Made by a program: the position numbers and the translations under genes
Shown: positions 1-7,795 of the stretch, one piece after another
Position numbering within the stretch: position 1 is the first letter of the stretch
Layout: every line of letters starts with the position of its first letter
Source: Planctomycetota bacterium
Lineage (GTDB): Bacteria > Planctomycetota > Phycisphaerae > UBA1845
Length of the DNA: 46,281 nucleotides
Assembly (NCBI GenBank): GCA_022562105.1
Contig: JADFPW010000001.1
Span: 1-46,281, forward strand
Reading direction: 5' to 3'
Notes under the pieces: generated by a model
Told to the model about the DNA's origin: nothing
Seen by the model: the letters and a program-made list of their open reading frames with translations, nothing else
Databases searched by the model: none

Positions 1-11
1 GGCACCCGCTC

Positions 12-1061
12 ATGCGCTTGCTATGCATGGGCCAACCGGCCGCAACGAGCGAAGTTATTGAACTTGCTACGTATCTGAGAGGCGAAACCAACGACGTGAC
101 CATCATGTGCGCCCTGCTGTCGCGATTGAAGGACCGAAAGCGCTACCATGACTGCGTGCTCGAGCTTGGCTTCGCACATCGTTTCCGTGCCGTTGGCGCC
201 AAGGTTGAATGGGAACCCAAGACTAATCGTGGGCTTGGCGACTTGCTTGTGCGCTACAGAGGCGACAGATGGGTCTGCGAATGTTCCAAGCAGCACATCT
301 CGGACGTGCAAGCAAAGCGAATGGACTTGCGTGATCGCCTCGTCCAGCAAATCGGTAAGAAGGCGCTCTGCGACGTACCGGTAGTGATCAGGGTGCGACT
401 CGCAAGAACCGCCGACCTCTCAGTCTTCCAGCGGACACCGCGCGAGGTGGCCCGCCTGGTACGCGAGCTGTCCGCACGCCCGTGGAACACCTACAGATTC
501 GACGAGAATGGGCTTTCTATCGAGGTACGGCAACTCGATGACTCGGTGGATGGCAACCCGTATAGGGAAGGATTCGACTCCTCGACAGCCCAGGCGGCCG
601 AATGGGAGGTTGTCTATGATACCACAAGGGTACCCCAGAGCGAGGTCGATGGTCTGATCAACGCGGCTCGGCGAGCTGATCGCCCACCCCCGACGGCCGG
701 GCGCGTGGTCGCTCGTGTATTCTTGACCGCCAACTGCGATGACACAGCGATCGAGCCCAAATTGATCAGCAAGATCAAGCGTAAGCTCAAGCAGGCACGA
801 TCGGATCTACCGCGAATCGTTGTCCTAGAATCGCTCGGGGATATGGCGAAACTCAACTGGAATCTCATTGAGGCGGAGTTGGAGCAGAGTTTTAAGCGAC
901 ACCCAGACTTCGCTGCCTTGTTTGTCGTTGGGCGGATGTCCTACGCGATGAGACACGGTTACAAATTCCAGGCGTACGTGAACCGGCACTGCTCAGTTCC
1001 TTTGCCAGCGGACCTAATGGAGCGATGGGGTCATCTAGAGGGCGTCCTAGCCATCTACTGA
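12..1061 (+). CDS. hypothetical protein (weak PD-(D/E)xK nuclease-like motif near N-terminus)
   Basis: 349-aa ORF with ATG start. Protein-like composition. The segment ELGFAHRF...GLGDLLVRYRGDRWVCECSK loosely resembles an E...D...E-x-x-K nuclease core. Many A/T-ending codons, unlike neighbouring genes. Confidence 0.5.
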   Translation: MRLLCMGQPAATSEVIELATYLRGETNDVTIMCALLSRLKDRKRYHDCVLELGFAHRFRAVGAKVEWEPKTNRGLGDLLVRYRGDRWVCECSKQHISDVQAKRMDLRDRLVQQIGKKALCDVPVVIRVRLARTADLSVFQRTPREVARLVRELSARPWNTYRFDENGLSIEVRQLDDSVDGNPYREGFDSSTAQAAEWEVVYDTTRVPQSEVDGLINAARRADRPPPTAGRVVARVFLTANCDDTAIEPKLISKIKRKLKQARSDLPRIVVLESLGDMAKLNWNLIEAELEQSFKRHPDFAALFVVGRMSYAMRHGYKFQAYVNRHCSVPLPADLMERWGHLEGVLAIY

Positions 1062-1226
1062 CGGGTGGGCCACCCGTCCAATTGACATAGTCGGGCGATG
1101 ACCGGCAGCGCGTCTGTCATATTGGCAGCGAGTTGACCACCAGGTCGAGCCATCATCTTCGCGGAATGGCCGTGACGGGGGCGGGAGGGGCCATACGAAT
1201 GCAGCTCGGACTGGCATCCCGCATGC

Positions 1227-1769
1227 ATGCATACATTTCACAGAATGTCCGCGAGAGAGCAAATGCCGACCGAACCGCCTGTGCCCGACTCAAGACGACC
1301 CTCTGACATGCTCTACGGGGAATACGATAAGCACCGGGACTTCCTGCTGGCGTCGGATCAGACCATTTCGACCAGTTACACAAAGTGGCTGTTGACGTTG
1401 TCGGGCGGTGGACTGGGCCTTTCCATCACGTTCGCGCGAGGGATCGCCGATCCTGATGGAGCTAGCGCGCCATGGTGCTTGGCGGCCGCCTGGATTATTC
1501 TGACGGTCGCGGTGGGCTCTGGGCTCGCTGCGCTCTTTGTGAGCCAGCGCGGGCACGAGCAATCGCGAGTTCTCCTCGACCACCACATGGGGGAGGTCCG
1601 AGCTGGAGGAGCTACGGAAGTTGGATTCTGGCCCCGTTACAACGATGCACATGCCGGTTTAAAAACGGTCAAATGCGTTGGGATAATGAACCTCGCAAGT
1701 ATGGTATCTTTCTTGATCGGGGTGATCATGTTAGCGTGTTTTGCGTACTACAACGTACCAGGAAGGTAA
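1227..1769 (+). CDS. hypothetical membrane protein (about 3 TM segments)
   Basis: 180-aa ORF. Hydrophobic stretches WLLTLSGGGLGLSITF, CLAAAWIILTVAVGSGLAALFV and IMNLASMVSFLIGVIMLACFAYY. The 3' end is visibly A/T-rich. Confidence 0.5.
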   Translation: MHTFHRMSAREQMPTEPPVPDSRRPSDMLYGEYDKHRDFLLASDQTISTSYTKWLLTLSGGGLGLSITFARGIADPDGASAPWCLAAAWIILTVAVGSGLAALFVSQRGHEQSRVLLDHHMGEVRAGGATEVGFWPRYNDAHAGLKTVKCVGIMNLASMVSFLIGVIMLACFAYYNVPGR

Positions 1770-1775
1770 AAGGAA

Positions 1776-2012
1776 ATGCCGAACGAAGACGCCCCTGCGC
1801 CACAGCAGCCTATCGGTCCTATGGAACGGCCCATTCCGATCCCGGACCTAGAGGCAGGCCAACCACCAGCGATTAGCATCGACGAGGGACAACCCGGTAC
1901 TACTGCCGGTGGCCCGGATGGCCGAGAACGGCGAGCCTTCACACCGCCGCCAGGTCCCGTAGGCCAGGAACCGGCTCCGACTCCGCCATCGCCGCCCGCG
2001 TCCGAAGACTAA
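1776..2012 (+). CDS. small proline-rich hypothetical protein
   Basis: 78-aa ORF starting 6 nt after the TAA stop of the previous ORF, in the same frame. GGAAGG/AAGGA purine tract upstream. Low-complexity Pro/Gly/Ala sequence. Confidence 0.3.
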   Translation: MPNEDAPAPQQPIGPMERPIPIPDLEAGQPPAISIDEGQPGTTAGGPDGRERRAFTPPPGPVGQEPAPTPPSPPASED

Positions 2013-2077
2013 CCGGCGTCGCGATCGACTTGGATCCGGATGGGCTACCCGGCCCGCGCAAACTGTGACCGCGCGGT

Positions 2078-3565
2078 CTACCGCTCGCCGAGGTTGATCC
2101 AGACGGTCTTGGTCTCGGTGTAGTGGTCCAGGACGTTGCGGCCGCACTCGCGGCCGTGGCCTGAGAACTTGTAGCCGCCGAACGGGGCGGCGATGTCGAA
2201 GGTGTTGTAACAGTTGACCCAGACCGTGCCGGCCTTGACCGCATCGGCGAAGGCGTGGGCCTTGGTGATGTCTTTGGTCCATACCGCAGACGCCAGGCCG
2301 TATTGCGTGTCGTTGGCGTCGGACACCAAACTGTCGAAATCGCTGAACGGCAGAACACTGACCACCGGGCCGAAGATCTCGTCCCGGGCGATTCGCATTT
2401 GATTGTTGACCCCGGTGAAAATGGTCGGCTTGACGAAGAAGCCCTTGTCGCCGAAACGCTCGCCGCCGGTCACGCAGGTGGCTTTGTCCTCGTTCTTGCC
2501 GATGTCGATGTACTTCATCACCTTGTCGAACTGTTCCTCGCTGACCTGGGCGCCTTGCTCGGTCTGGGGGTCGAAGGGGTCGCCGAGTCGGCGTTGCTCA
2601 GCCAGGGTCTTGAAGCGATCGACGAACTCGTCGTGGATGCTCTGCTCGACAAAGAGTCGGCTGCCGGCGCAGCACACCTCGCCCTGGTTGAAGAAGATGC
2701 CGGCCATCGCCCCTTGGGCGGCCTGATCCAGATCGGCGTCGGCGAAGACCACGTTGGGACTCTTGCCGCCCAGCTCGAACGTCAGACGTTTCAGCGTCGG
2801 GGCGGCGTTGGCCATGATGATCTGGGCGGTCTTGTACTCGCCGGTGAACGCGATCTTGTCCACGTCCGGATGCTTGACCAGGGCGTCGCCGGCGGTCTCG
2901 CCGAAACCGTTGACGATGTTGATCACCCCCGGCGGGAAGCCGGCCTCCATGGCCAACGCTCCGACGCGCAGGGCGCCGAGCGGAGTTTGCTCAGCGGGCT
3001 TGAGGATGACCGTGTTCCCGCAGGCCAACGCAGGCCCCCACTTCCACGCCATCATGAGCAGCGGGAAGTTCCAGGGAATGATCTGACCGCACACGCCGAC
3101 CGGCTCGCGTTTGGTGTAGCAAAAGAAGTTGCCCATGGCTCGATCGACGGGGATGGTGTCGCCGTAGATCTTGTCCGCCCAGCCGCCGTAGTAACGGTAC
3201 GCCGCCTGGACCATGGGGATGTCGGCGTTGAGGGCTTCGGTGATCGGCTTGCCGTTGTCTAGGGTTTCGAGGGCGGCCAATTCTTCGGCATGCTCGCCGA
3301 TGAGATCCGCGAGCTTCAAGAGCAGGTTGCCTCGATCGCGGGCACTCATCTTCGACCACGGACCGGTCTCGAAAGCCTTGCGGGCTGACTTCACCGCTCG
3401 ATCGACGTCGGCTGCATCGCCCTCAGCGATCTGGGCAATGGTGTCGCCGGTGGCTGGGTTGATGCAGGCAAACGTCTTGCCGCTATCGGCGTCGCACCAT
3501 TCGCCGTTGATTAGCAAACGAGTTTCGGTGACTTCCGGGGCTTGGATTCGCGTAGCTGTGACCAT
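2078..3565 (-). CDS. NAD(P)+-dependent aldehyde dehydrogenase family protein
   Basis: 495 aa from the internal ATG ([12 protein letters not shown]...). Classic ALDH motifs: [31 protein letters not shown]. The longer 514-aa ORF start looks like an artefact. Confidence 0.9.
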   Translation of the reverse strand: MVTATRIQAPEVTETRLLINGEWCDADSGKTFACINPATGDTIAQIAEGDAADVDRAVKSARKAFETGPWSKMSARDRGNLLLKLADLIGEHAEELAALETLDNGKPITEALNADIPMVQAAYRYYGGWADKIYGDTIPVDRAMGNFFCYTKREPVGVCGQIIPWNFPLLMMAWKWGPALACGNTVILKPAEQTPLGALRVGALAMEAGFPPGVINIVNGFGETAGDALVKHPDVDKIAFTGEYKTAQIIMANAAPTLKRLTFELGGKSPNVVFADADLDQAAQGAMAGIFFNQGEVCCAGSRLFVEQSIHDEFVDRFKTLAEQRRLGDPFDPQTEQGAQVSEEQFDKVMKYIDIGKNEDKATCVTGGERFGDKGFFVKPTIFTGVNNQMRIARDEIFGPVVSVLPFSDFDSLVSDANDTQYGLASAVWTKDITKAHAFADAVKAGTVWVNCYNTFDIAAPFGGYKFSGHGRECGRNVLDHYTETKTVWINLGER

Positions 3566-3730
3566 GGTACACCTCGCATGGCGCCGCTGGGGCGCGTCTA
3601 TGGTGAAGAACAGAACCATCAAACGTGGCGAACATGATCGCCGGCGAAGGCCGATTTGTCAAGGCGGCAAGCGTCGTTCCCTGACGGTTGGGCGCTGTAG
3701 CCATTTCGCGAGCCATCGAGGTGGGGGTGA

Positions 3731-3819
3731 GGGTGGCACGGTCTGGTACTCCCGGCCGTGGGGTTCCGAATAAGTCCCTCACCGACCGCCACGGCCTGGA
3801 GTACCAGACCGTGCCACCC
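3731..3819. repeat. REP-like palindrome, family A (31-bp arms, 27-nt loop)
   Basis: Left arm GGGTGGCACGGTCTGGTACTCCCGGCCGTGG (3731-3761). Right arm CCACGGCCTGGAGTACCAGACCGTGCCACCC (3789-3819). One mismatch between arms. Second copy at 21396-21469. Confidence 0.85.
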
Positions 3820-3826
3820 GCCGGCG

Positions 3827-4606
3827 CTAGACGCCTACGATGTTGTAGCCGGCATCGACGAAGATGTTCTCGCCGGTGACGCCGCTGGACAGGTCGCTGG
3901 CCAAATACACTGCGGTTTTTCCTACTTCGCCCGGCTCGATGTTGCGGCCTAGCGGGGTCTTGTTGGTGCAAATCTCCATCATCTCCTCGATCCCGCCGAC
4001 GGCCATGGCTGACAGCGTCCGCAACGGGCCGGCGCTGATCGTGTTGACGCGGATCCCGCGCGGACCCAGTTCAACAGCCAGGTAGCGTGTGATGGCCTCC
4101 AGCGCCGCCTTGGCCACGCCCATGACGTTGTAACCCGGGATAACCTTCTGGCTGCCGTAGTAGGTCATGGCCATGATCGACCCGCCGTGGGGCATCATCT
4201 CCTTGGCACGGTTGGCCATGGCCAGCAGGCTGTAGGCGGAGATGTCCAACGCCTGGGCGAAGGCGTCTCGCGGCGTATCCACAAACTTGCCGATCTTGAG
4301 GTGGGCCCGCTCGGCGTAGGCGACCGAGTGGACCAGGAAGTCGATCGAATCGAAACGCTCCCTGGCGGCCGCAAAGGTGGCATCAAGGCTTTCGTCGCTG
4401 CAAACATCGCACGCCATCAGCCCTGAGTCCGAGAGGTTTTCCGCCTCCAGCGCCTTCTTGACCCGATGAAGATTCTTGTCGCCGGGCATGTAGGCATAGC
4501 CACACACCGCCCCTTCGGCCGTGAAGCTCTTGGCCACGTGCAACGCGATGCTTCGATCGTTGGCTATTCCGAAGATCAGCCCCTTTTTGCCGTCCAATAG
4601 TCCCAT
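3827..4606 (-). CDS. fabI: enoyl-[acyl-carrier-protein] reductase (NADH) FabI
   Basis: 259 aa. N-terminus MGLLDGKKGLIFGIANDRSIA. SDR fold with the Y...K catalytic region and a GENIFVDAGYNI C-terminus, typical of FabI. Confidence 0.93.
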   Translation of the reverse strand: MGLLDGKKGLIFGIANDRSIALHVAKSFTAEGAVCGYAYMPGDKNLHRVKKALEAENLSDSGLMACDVCSDESLDATFAAARERFDSIDFLVHSVAYAERAHLKIGKFVDTPRDAFAQALDISAYSLLAMANRAKEMMPHGGSIMAMTYYGSQKVIPGYNVMGVAKAALEAITRYLAVELGPRGIRVNTISAGPLRTLSAMAVGGIEEMMEICTNKTPLGRNIEPGEVGKTAVYLASDLSSGVTGENIFVDAGYNIVGV

Positions 4607-4654
4607 GCTGCGCCCTCGTCACCGCGAAACGGATTGTTTCCCCGGCCCTGGATC

Positions 4655-4685
4655 AATCAACAAAAACCCGGTCCGGCGACCGGGT
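4655..4685 (-). terminator. Rho-independent terminator candidate downstream of the DUF3179 operon
   Basis: On the minus strand: ACCCGGTC-GCCG-GACCGGGT (8-bp GC-rich stem, 4-nt loop) followed directly by TTTTTGTTG. Confidence 0.6.
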
Positions 4686-4741
4686 GTAGGGGGATCATTG
4701 TGGTCGCAATGGCGTCGCGGGGCAACATCGGCGGGTTCCAA

Positions 4742-4763
4742 CCCATGGATTGGGATCCATGGG
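4742..4763. repeat. small palindromic repeat, family E
   Basis: CCCATGGAT-TGGG-ATCCATGGG (9-bp stem). A second copy with similar flanks lies inverted at 24811-24832. Confidence 0.6.
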
Positions 4764-4825
4764 CTTGTGGTGAGTGCTAATGACCATTCAAGCGTCGTAC
4801 AGACGCGCCAACTGAAACCTCGACA

Positions 4826-4886
4826 TTCCGAGCCGCGACCGTGAGGGAGTGGGCCTGAAAACCGCTTCCTTAGGGGCGCGGCTCGG
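4826..4886. repeat. REP-like hairpin, family B (imperfect arms)
   Basis: Left arm TCCGAGCCGCGACCGTGAGGGAG (4826-4848). Right arm CTTCCTTAGGGGCGCGGCTCGGA (4864-4886). Same core (CCGAGCCGCGACCGTGAGGGAG) as copies at 15547, 32929 and 40533. Confidence 0.75.
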
Positions 4887-4891
4887 ATTGG

Positions 4892-5506
4892 TTAGCGTCC
4901 TGTGGGCTTGGCTCGACGATTTCCTGTGCTCAGGCAGTGGCTGCAATCGAGCACCTTGGTGTCCGGATGACGCTTGTGCCATTCATCCCAACGAATCCCG
5001 GCCTCGAACGCCTCGGGTGGCAGCTTTTTGAGGGTCTGACCGGTCAGTGGGCCGGCCAGGGCTTCCCCTGTTTCCTGCAGCCAGAGCGTGCCGGTCTTCA
5101 CGTCGTACATGATCAGGTTGCCGTTCTTGACCTTCCCGGAAACGCGCAGGGTGGCCTCACCGTCAGCGAGTCTGCGATCGTGAACCACGATCGATTGCTC
5201 GCTCGGTCACCACGAGGCGCTGATCGGAATCCCTCCGACGCGGTCGTTGACGATCTGGTGGTTGTTCAAGATGTAGAGCGGATAGGCCCGGGCTTCGCCT
5301 CCGATGAAGACACCGATCACCTTCGTTCCCGGAGCGATGATGGCGTCCTCGGCCGACACCAGAACCGGATCGACGATCGCCTCCTTGGCATCGGGGGCGC
5401 GGTATTGGATCGGCTCGGTGTAGGGTTGGCCACCCGTACGCGTTAGATCCTGCTTGGGATCGTGACAGCCCGCCAGTGCGAACCAGCGCATGACGCGACG
5501 ACCCAC
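4892..5506 (-). CDS. DUF3179-family protein with in-frame TGA (5207-5209); candidate selenoprotein, alternatively a pseudogene
   Basis: ORFs 5207..5506 and 4892..5188 share one frame and are separated only by TGA. The joined sequence ...EARAYPLYILNNHQIVNDRVGGIPISASW[TGA]PSEQSIVVHDRRLADGEATLRVSGK...LIMYDVKTGTLWLQETGEALAGPLTG...HPDTKVL matches the DUF3179 pattern as I recall it. Possible lipobox FALAGC at the N-terminus. Confidence 0.6.
5165..5203 (-). promoter_or_regulatory. SECIS-like stem-loop starting 3 nt after the in-frame UGA
   Basis: RNA sense: UGA CCG AGCGAG-CAAU-CGAUCGUG-GUU-CACGAUCG-CAGA-CUCGCU. This gives a 6-bp lower stem, a 4x4 internal loop, an 8-bp upper stem, and an apical loop beginning with G. 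Confidence 0.55.
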
Positions 5507-5522
5507 CGTACCGAGTTTCCAG

Positions 5523-7286
5523 TCATGGTGATTTATCCCCTACCGGACCAGGTTCCACTAATCTTAACGTCTGATTCGCCGTCACGTTCGCCTGGGATTG
5601 TATTTTTCCGCATGGCCACCGGATTTCGACACGGGAGGCGCGTTCGGCGTCTCCCAGGCCGAAATGGAGCGTCTTGGAATGTCCGCTAAGGTAGCCGCCG
5701 CCGATCAAGAGTTCTCGCATCTGCACCGGCTGACCGTCCACGTGCACCGACACGCGGGCGTTGGCGGCGTCGCGGTTGCAGTGGCGACCTTCCAGATCGA
5801 TATTCAACCAATGGCCCACATTCTTCGAGACGTTGCGTAGCAGAGCCGGCGATCCGCCGTGGTTGTTGATGGCTAGATCCGGTCGGCCGTCCCCGTCGAA
5901 ATCCGAGACCGCCCCACCGCGACCGACATGGGTCTCGTCGAAATAGGGCCCGGCGGCCGCTCCGAGACGGTGCCACCGTTTGTCACTGCGTCGTTCATAA
6001 ATCTGAGAGCGTTGGGGCAGCATTTTGGGATTCGTAAGAACCTCCAGGGTCAGTTCGTCCTCGATGGTGCTGCCGTACACCACGAACAGGTCGCGATCCC
6101 CGTCGTTGTCGAAGTCCTCGAAACCAGCCGCCCATCCCACCAGGTCTAGATTGCTCTTGCGGAGTCCGACGGCTGGTGACCGGTCCTCGAAGAGCAGGGC
6201 GCCTTCCAGCGATTCGTTCACATAGAAGGCTGGATCCTCGGCCACCCAGTGGGTGACCAGGAAGTCCTGATCCCCGTCGGAGTCGAGATCGACGATGGCC
6301 ACTCCCATGCCGCCGCGCGGGTCGAATACGCCGGAGACTATCGCGACGTCTTCAAACGTCCCGTCGCCCTTGTTGCGGAACAGGCAGTCCAACGATTGAT
6401 CGTTGGAGACGAACAGATCGATCGCTCCGTCGTTGTCGAAGTCGCACCAGACGGCCTGCATGCTGCGTCCATGGGCGGCTGCTGTCCCGGAGATTTCCGT
6501 GACGTCTCGAAACGTCCCGTCGGGCTCCTGGTGAAACAGGTGATTCGGCAACGGCGGGTAATTCCCCGGCGTGGTCATCGGCGCCGGTCGCCCAGCCACC
6601 AAGGGGCGCGTGCGAGCCTTGGCTATGGGAAAATCAACATAGCGACAAAGATAGAGGTCCAGGCGACCGTCGCCGTCGTAGTCGCCCCAGGCGCTGCCCA
6701 GGCAATAGTCCGTCACACCGCCCAGTCCGACCATGTCGGTGACGTCGCGGAAGCGCCCGCCATCATTGCGAAACAGATTCACGCCTTCCAGATGGGTGAC
6801 CAGCAGATCGTCGTCGCCGTCGTTGTCGAAGTCCACGAACACCGCAGCCATGTCCATGCGCGACCGGGTCAACCCTGCGGCCTCGGTCACGTCGGTAAAC
6901 CGGCCGGCGCCGTCGTTGCGCCACAGTCTGCTACCCGGCAGTTTGTTGCGCTGGGTGGCATCCATAAGCAACGGCCCGTTCAGGTTGCACAGGTACAAAT
7001 CGTCGTCCCCGTCGCTGTCGTAGTCGCCCCAGGCGCAGCCCGAGCCGTTGTCCTCCGGAACCAGCGAAGCCCGCGTTTGACCGTTGAAGTGAACGAACCG
7101 CGGGAGGCTGGAGGCTGGGATCCTCTCAAATCGGATGGTCGGTGAGTTAGGCACCTGGCTTGGCGCCTGTTGGGCGGTCGTCGGCACGGTGAGCACCGCG
7201 GCGATGGCCAGCACGTACCCGCAGACCCTGCCCGTTGCAGGTTTCCAGGTTGTTCCGTCCCGTTTCGTCGCCAATTTCGCAACCAT
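5523..7286 (-). CDS. CRTAC1-family protein (FG-GAP/VCBS repeats plus ASPIC/UnbV C-terminal domain), secreted
   Basis: 587 aa with a signal-like N-terminus. Repeated DxDxDGDxD motifs (GDYDSDGDDDLYL, VDFDNDGDDDLLV, CDFDNDGAIDLFV, SDFDGDGRPDLAI). C-terminus NARVSVHVDGQ...GGGYLSGHSKTLHFGLG...VEIRWPCG is typical of UnbV_ASPIC. Confidence 0.85.
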   Translation of the reverse strand: MVAKLATKRDGTTWKPATGRVCGYVLAIAAVLTVPTTAQQAPSQVPNSPTIRFERIPASSLPRFVHFNGQTRASLVPEDNGSGCAWGDYDSDGDDDLYLCNLNGPLLMDATQRNKLPGSRLWRNDGAGRFTDVTEAAGLTRSRMDMAAVFVDFDNDGDDDLLVTHLEGVNLFRNDGGRFRDVTDMVGLGGVTDYCLGSAWGDYDGDGRLDLYLCRYVDFPIAKARTRPLVAGRPAPMTTPGNYPPLPNHLFHQEPDGTFRDVTEISGTAAAHGRSMQAVWCDFDNDGAIDLFVSNDQSLDCLFRNKGDGTFEDVAIVSGVFDPRGGMGVAIVDLDSDGDQDFLVTHWVAEDPAFYVNESLEGALLFEDRSPAVGLRKSNLDLVGWAAGFEDFDNDGDRDLFVVYGSTIEDELTLEVLTNPKMLPQRSQIYERRSDKRWHRLGAAAGPYFDETHVGRGGAVSDFDGDGRPDLAINNHGGSPALLRNVSKNVGHWLNIDLEGRHCNRDAANARVSVHVDGQPVQMRELLIGGGYLSGHSKTLHFGLGDAERASRVEIRWPCGKIQSQANVTANQTLRLVEPGPVGDKSP

Positions 7287-7480
7287 GCTATGCTCGTGCT
7301 TCCTATCTGCGAGGCCACGTCGATCCGACCCGACGGTAGCCGAAGGCTATTGGGAGCGCGTGACCTCTTCGTGCCAATGTAGCAGCGTACCAGTGCCGCT
7401 GGCAAGCGCAGTCGCTCCCGAGTTGCAGGGGGATGCAGCCGCGCACTTGCCCCGAAGGCGTTGGGGAACCAGCTCGGTAT

Positions 7481-7795
7481 TCGCCCCGGAGGGGCGGCGG
7501 AGTGTAGCCACGGGTGGAGTCCGCCGCCGCGGACGCAACCCGTGGACTCATTCGCGTCTCAACAGTCCCGCCCCGGCGGGGCGGAGGAAGCGTCACGGCG
7601 CAAGAGTCATCCCGACGAACATCTGCGTTGCACGCTCCACGGATCGCGCAGAAGTGAATTGAGCGCCCGAATCTTTCGCCCCTCCGGGGCTGAAAGGGGA
7701 TGATGTATTGGTATTCCACGGGTTGCGCGTCGGGCCGCTACGCGGCCACCCCGCTCCACCTGTGGCTACAGCCCGTCGCCCCGCTGGGGCGAGCG
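7481..7795. repeat. inverted pair of about 70-80-bp repeats, family D
   Basis: Left copy TCGCCCCGGAGGGGCGGCGGAGTGTAGCCACGGGTGGAG...CGCAACCCGTGGA (7481-7548). Inverted right copy TCCACGGGTTGCG...CTCCACCTGTGGCTACAGCCCGTCGCCCCGCTGGGGCGA (7713-7795). Confidence 0.7.

Noticed and set aside
1219-1235. Alternating GCATGCATGCAT palindrome at the ORF2 start, considered as a regulatory or Z-DNA element.
   Set aside because: It is very short, occurs only once and overlaps a start codon. There is no supporting evidence for function.
2255-3262. Long antisense ORFs opposite confirmed genes: 2255..3262+, 6249..7145+, 8676..9590+, 17425..18096-, 24758..26164+, 26627..27688+, 29358..30647+, 31812..32948+ and 39049..39921-.
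   Set aside because: Their composition is Arg/Gly/His/Pro-rich and low-complexity, with no recognisable motifs. Each lies opposite an ORF with clear family signatures. They are typical shadow ORFs of high-GC DNA.
3731-3819. Family A palindromes as classical Rho-independent terminators.
   Set aside because: Neither copy is followed by a T/U tract on either strand. The 31-bp stems are far longer than typical terminator stems.
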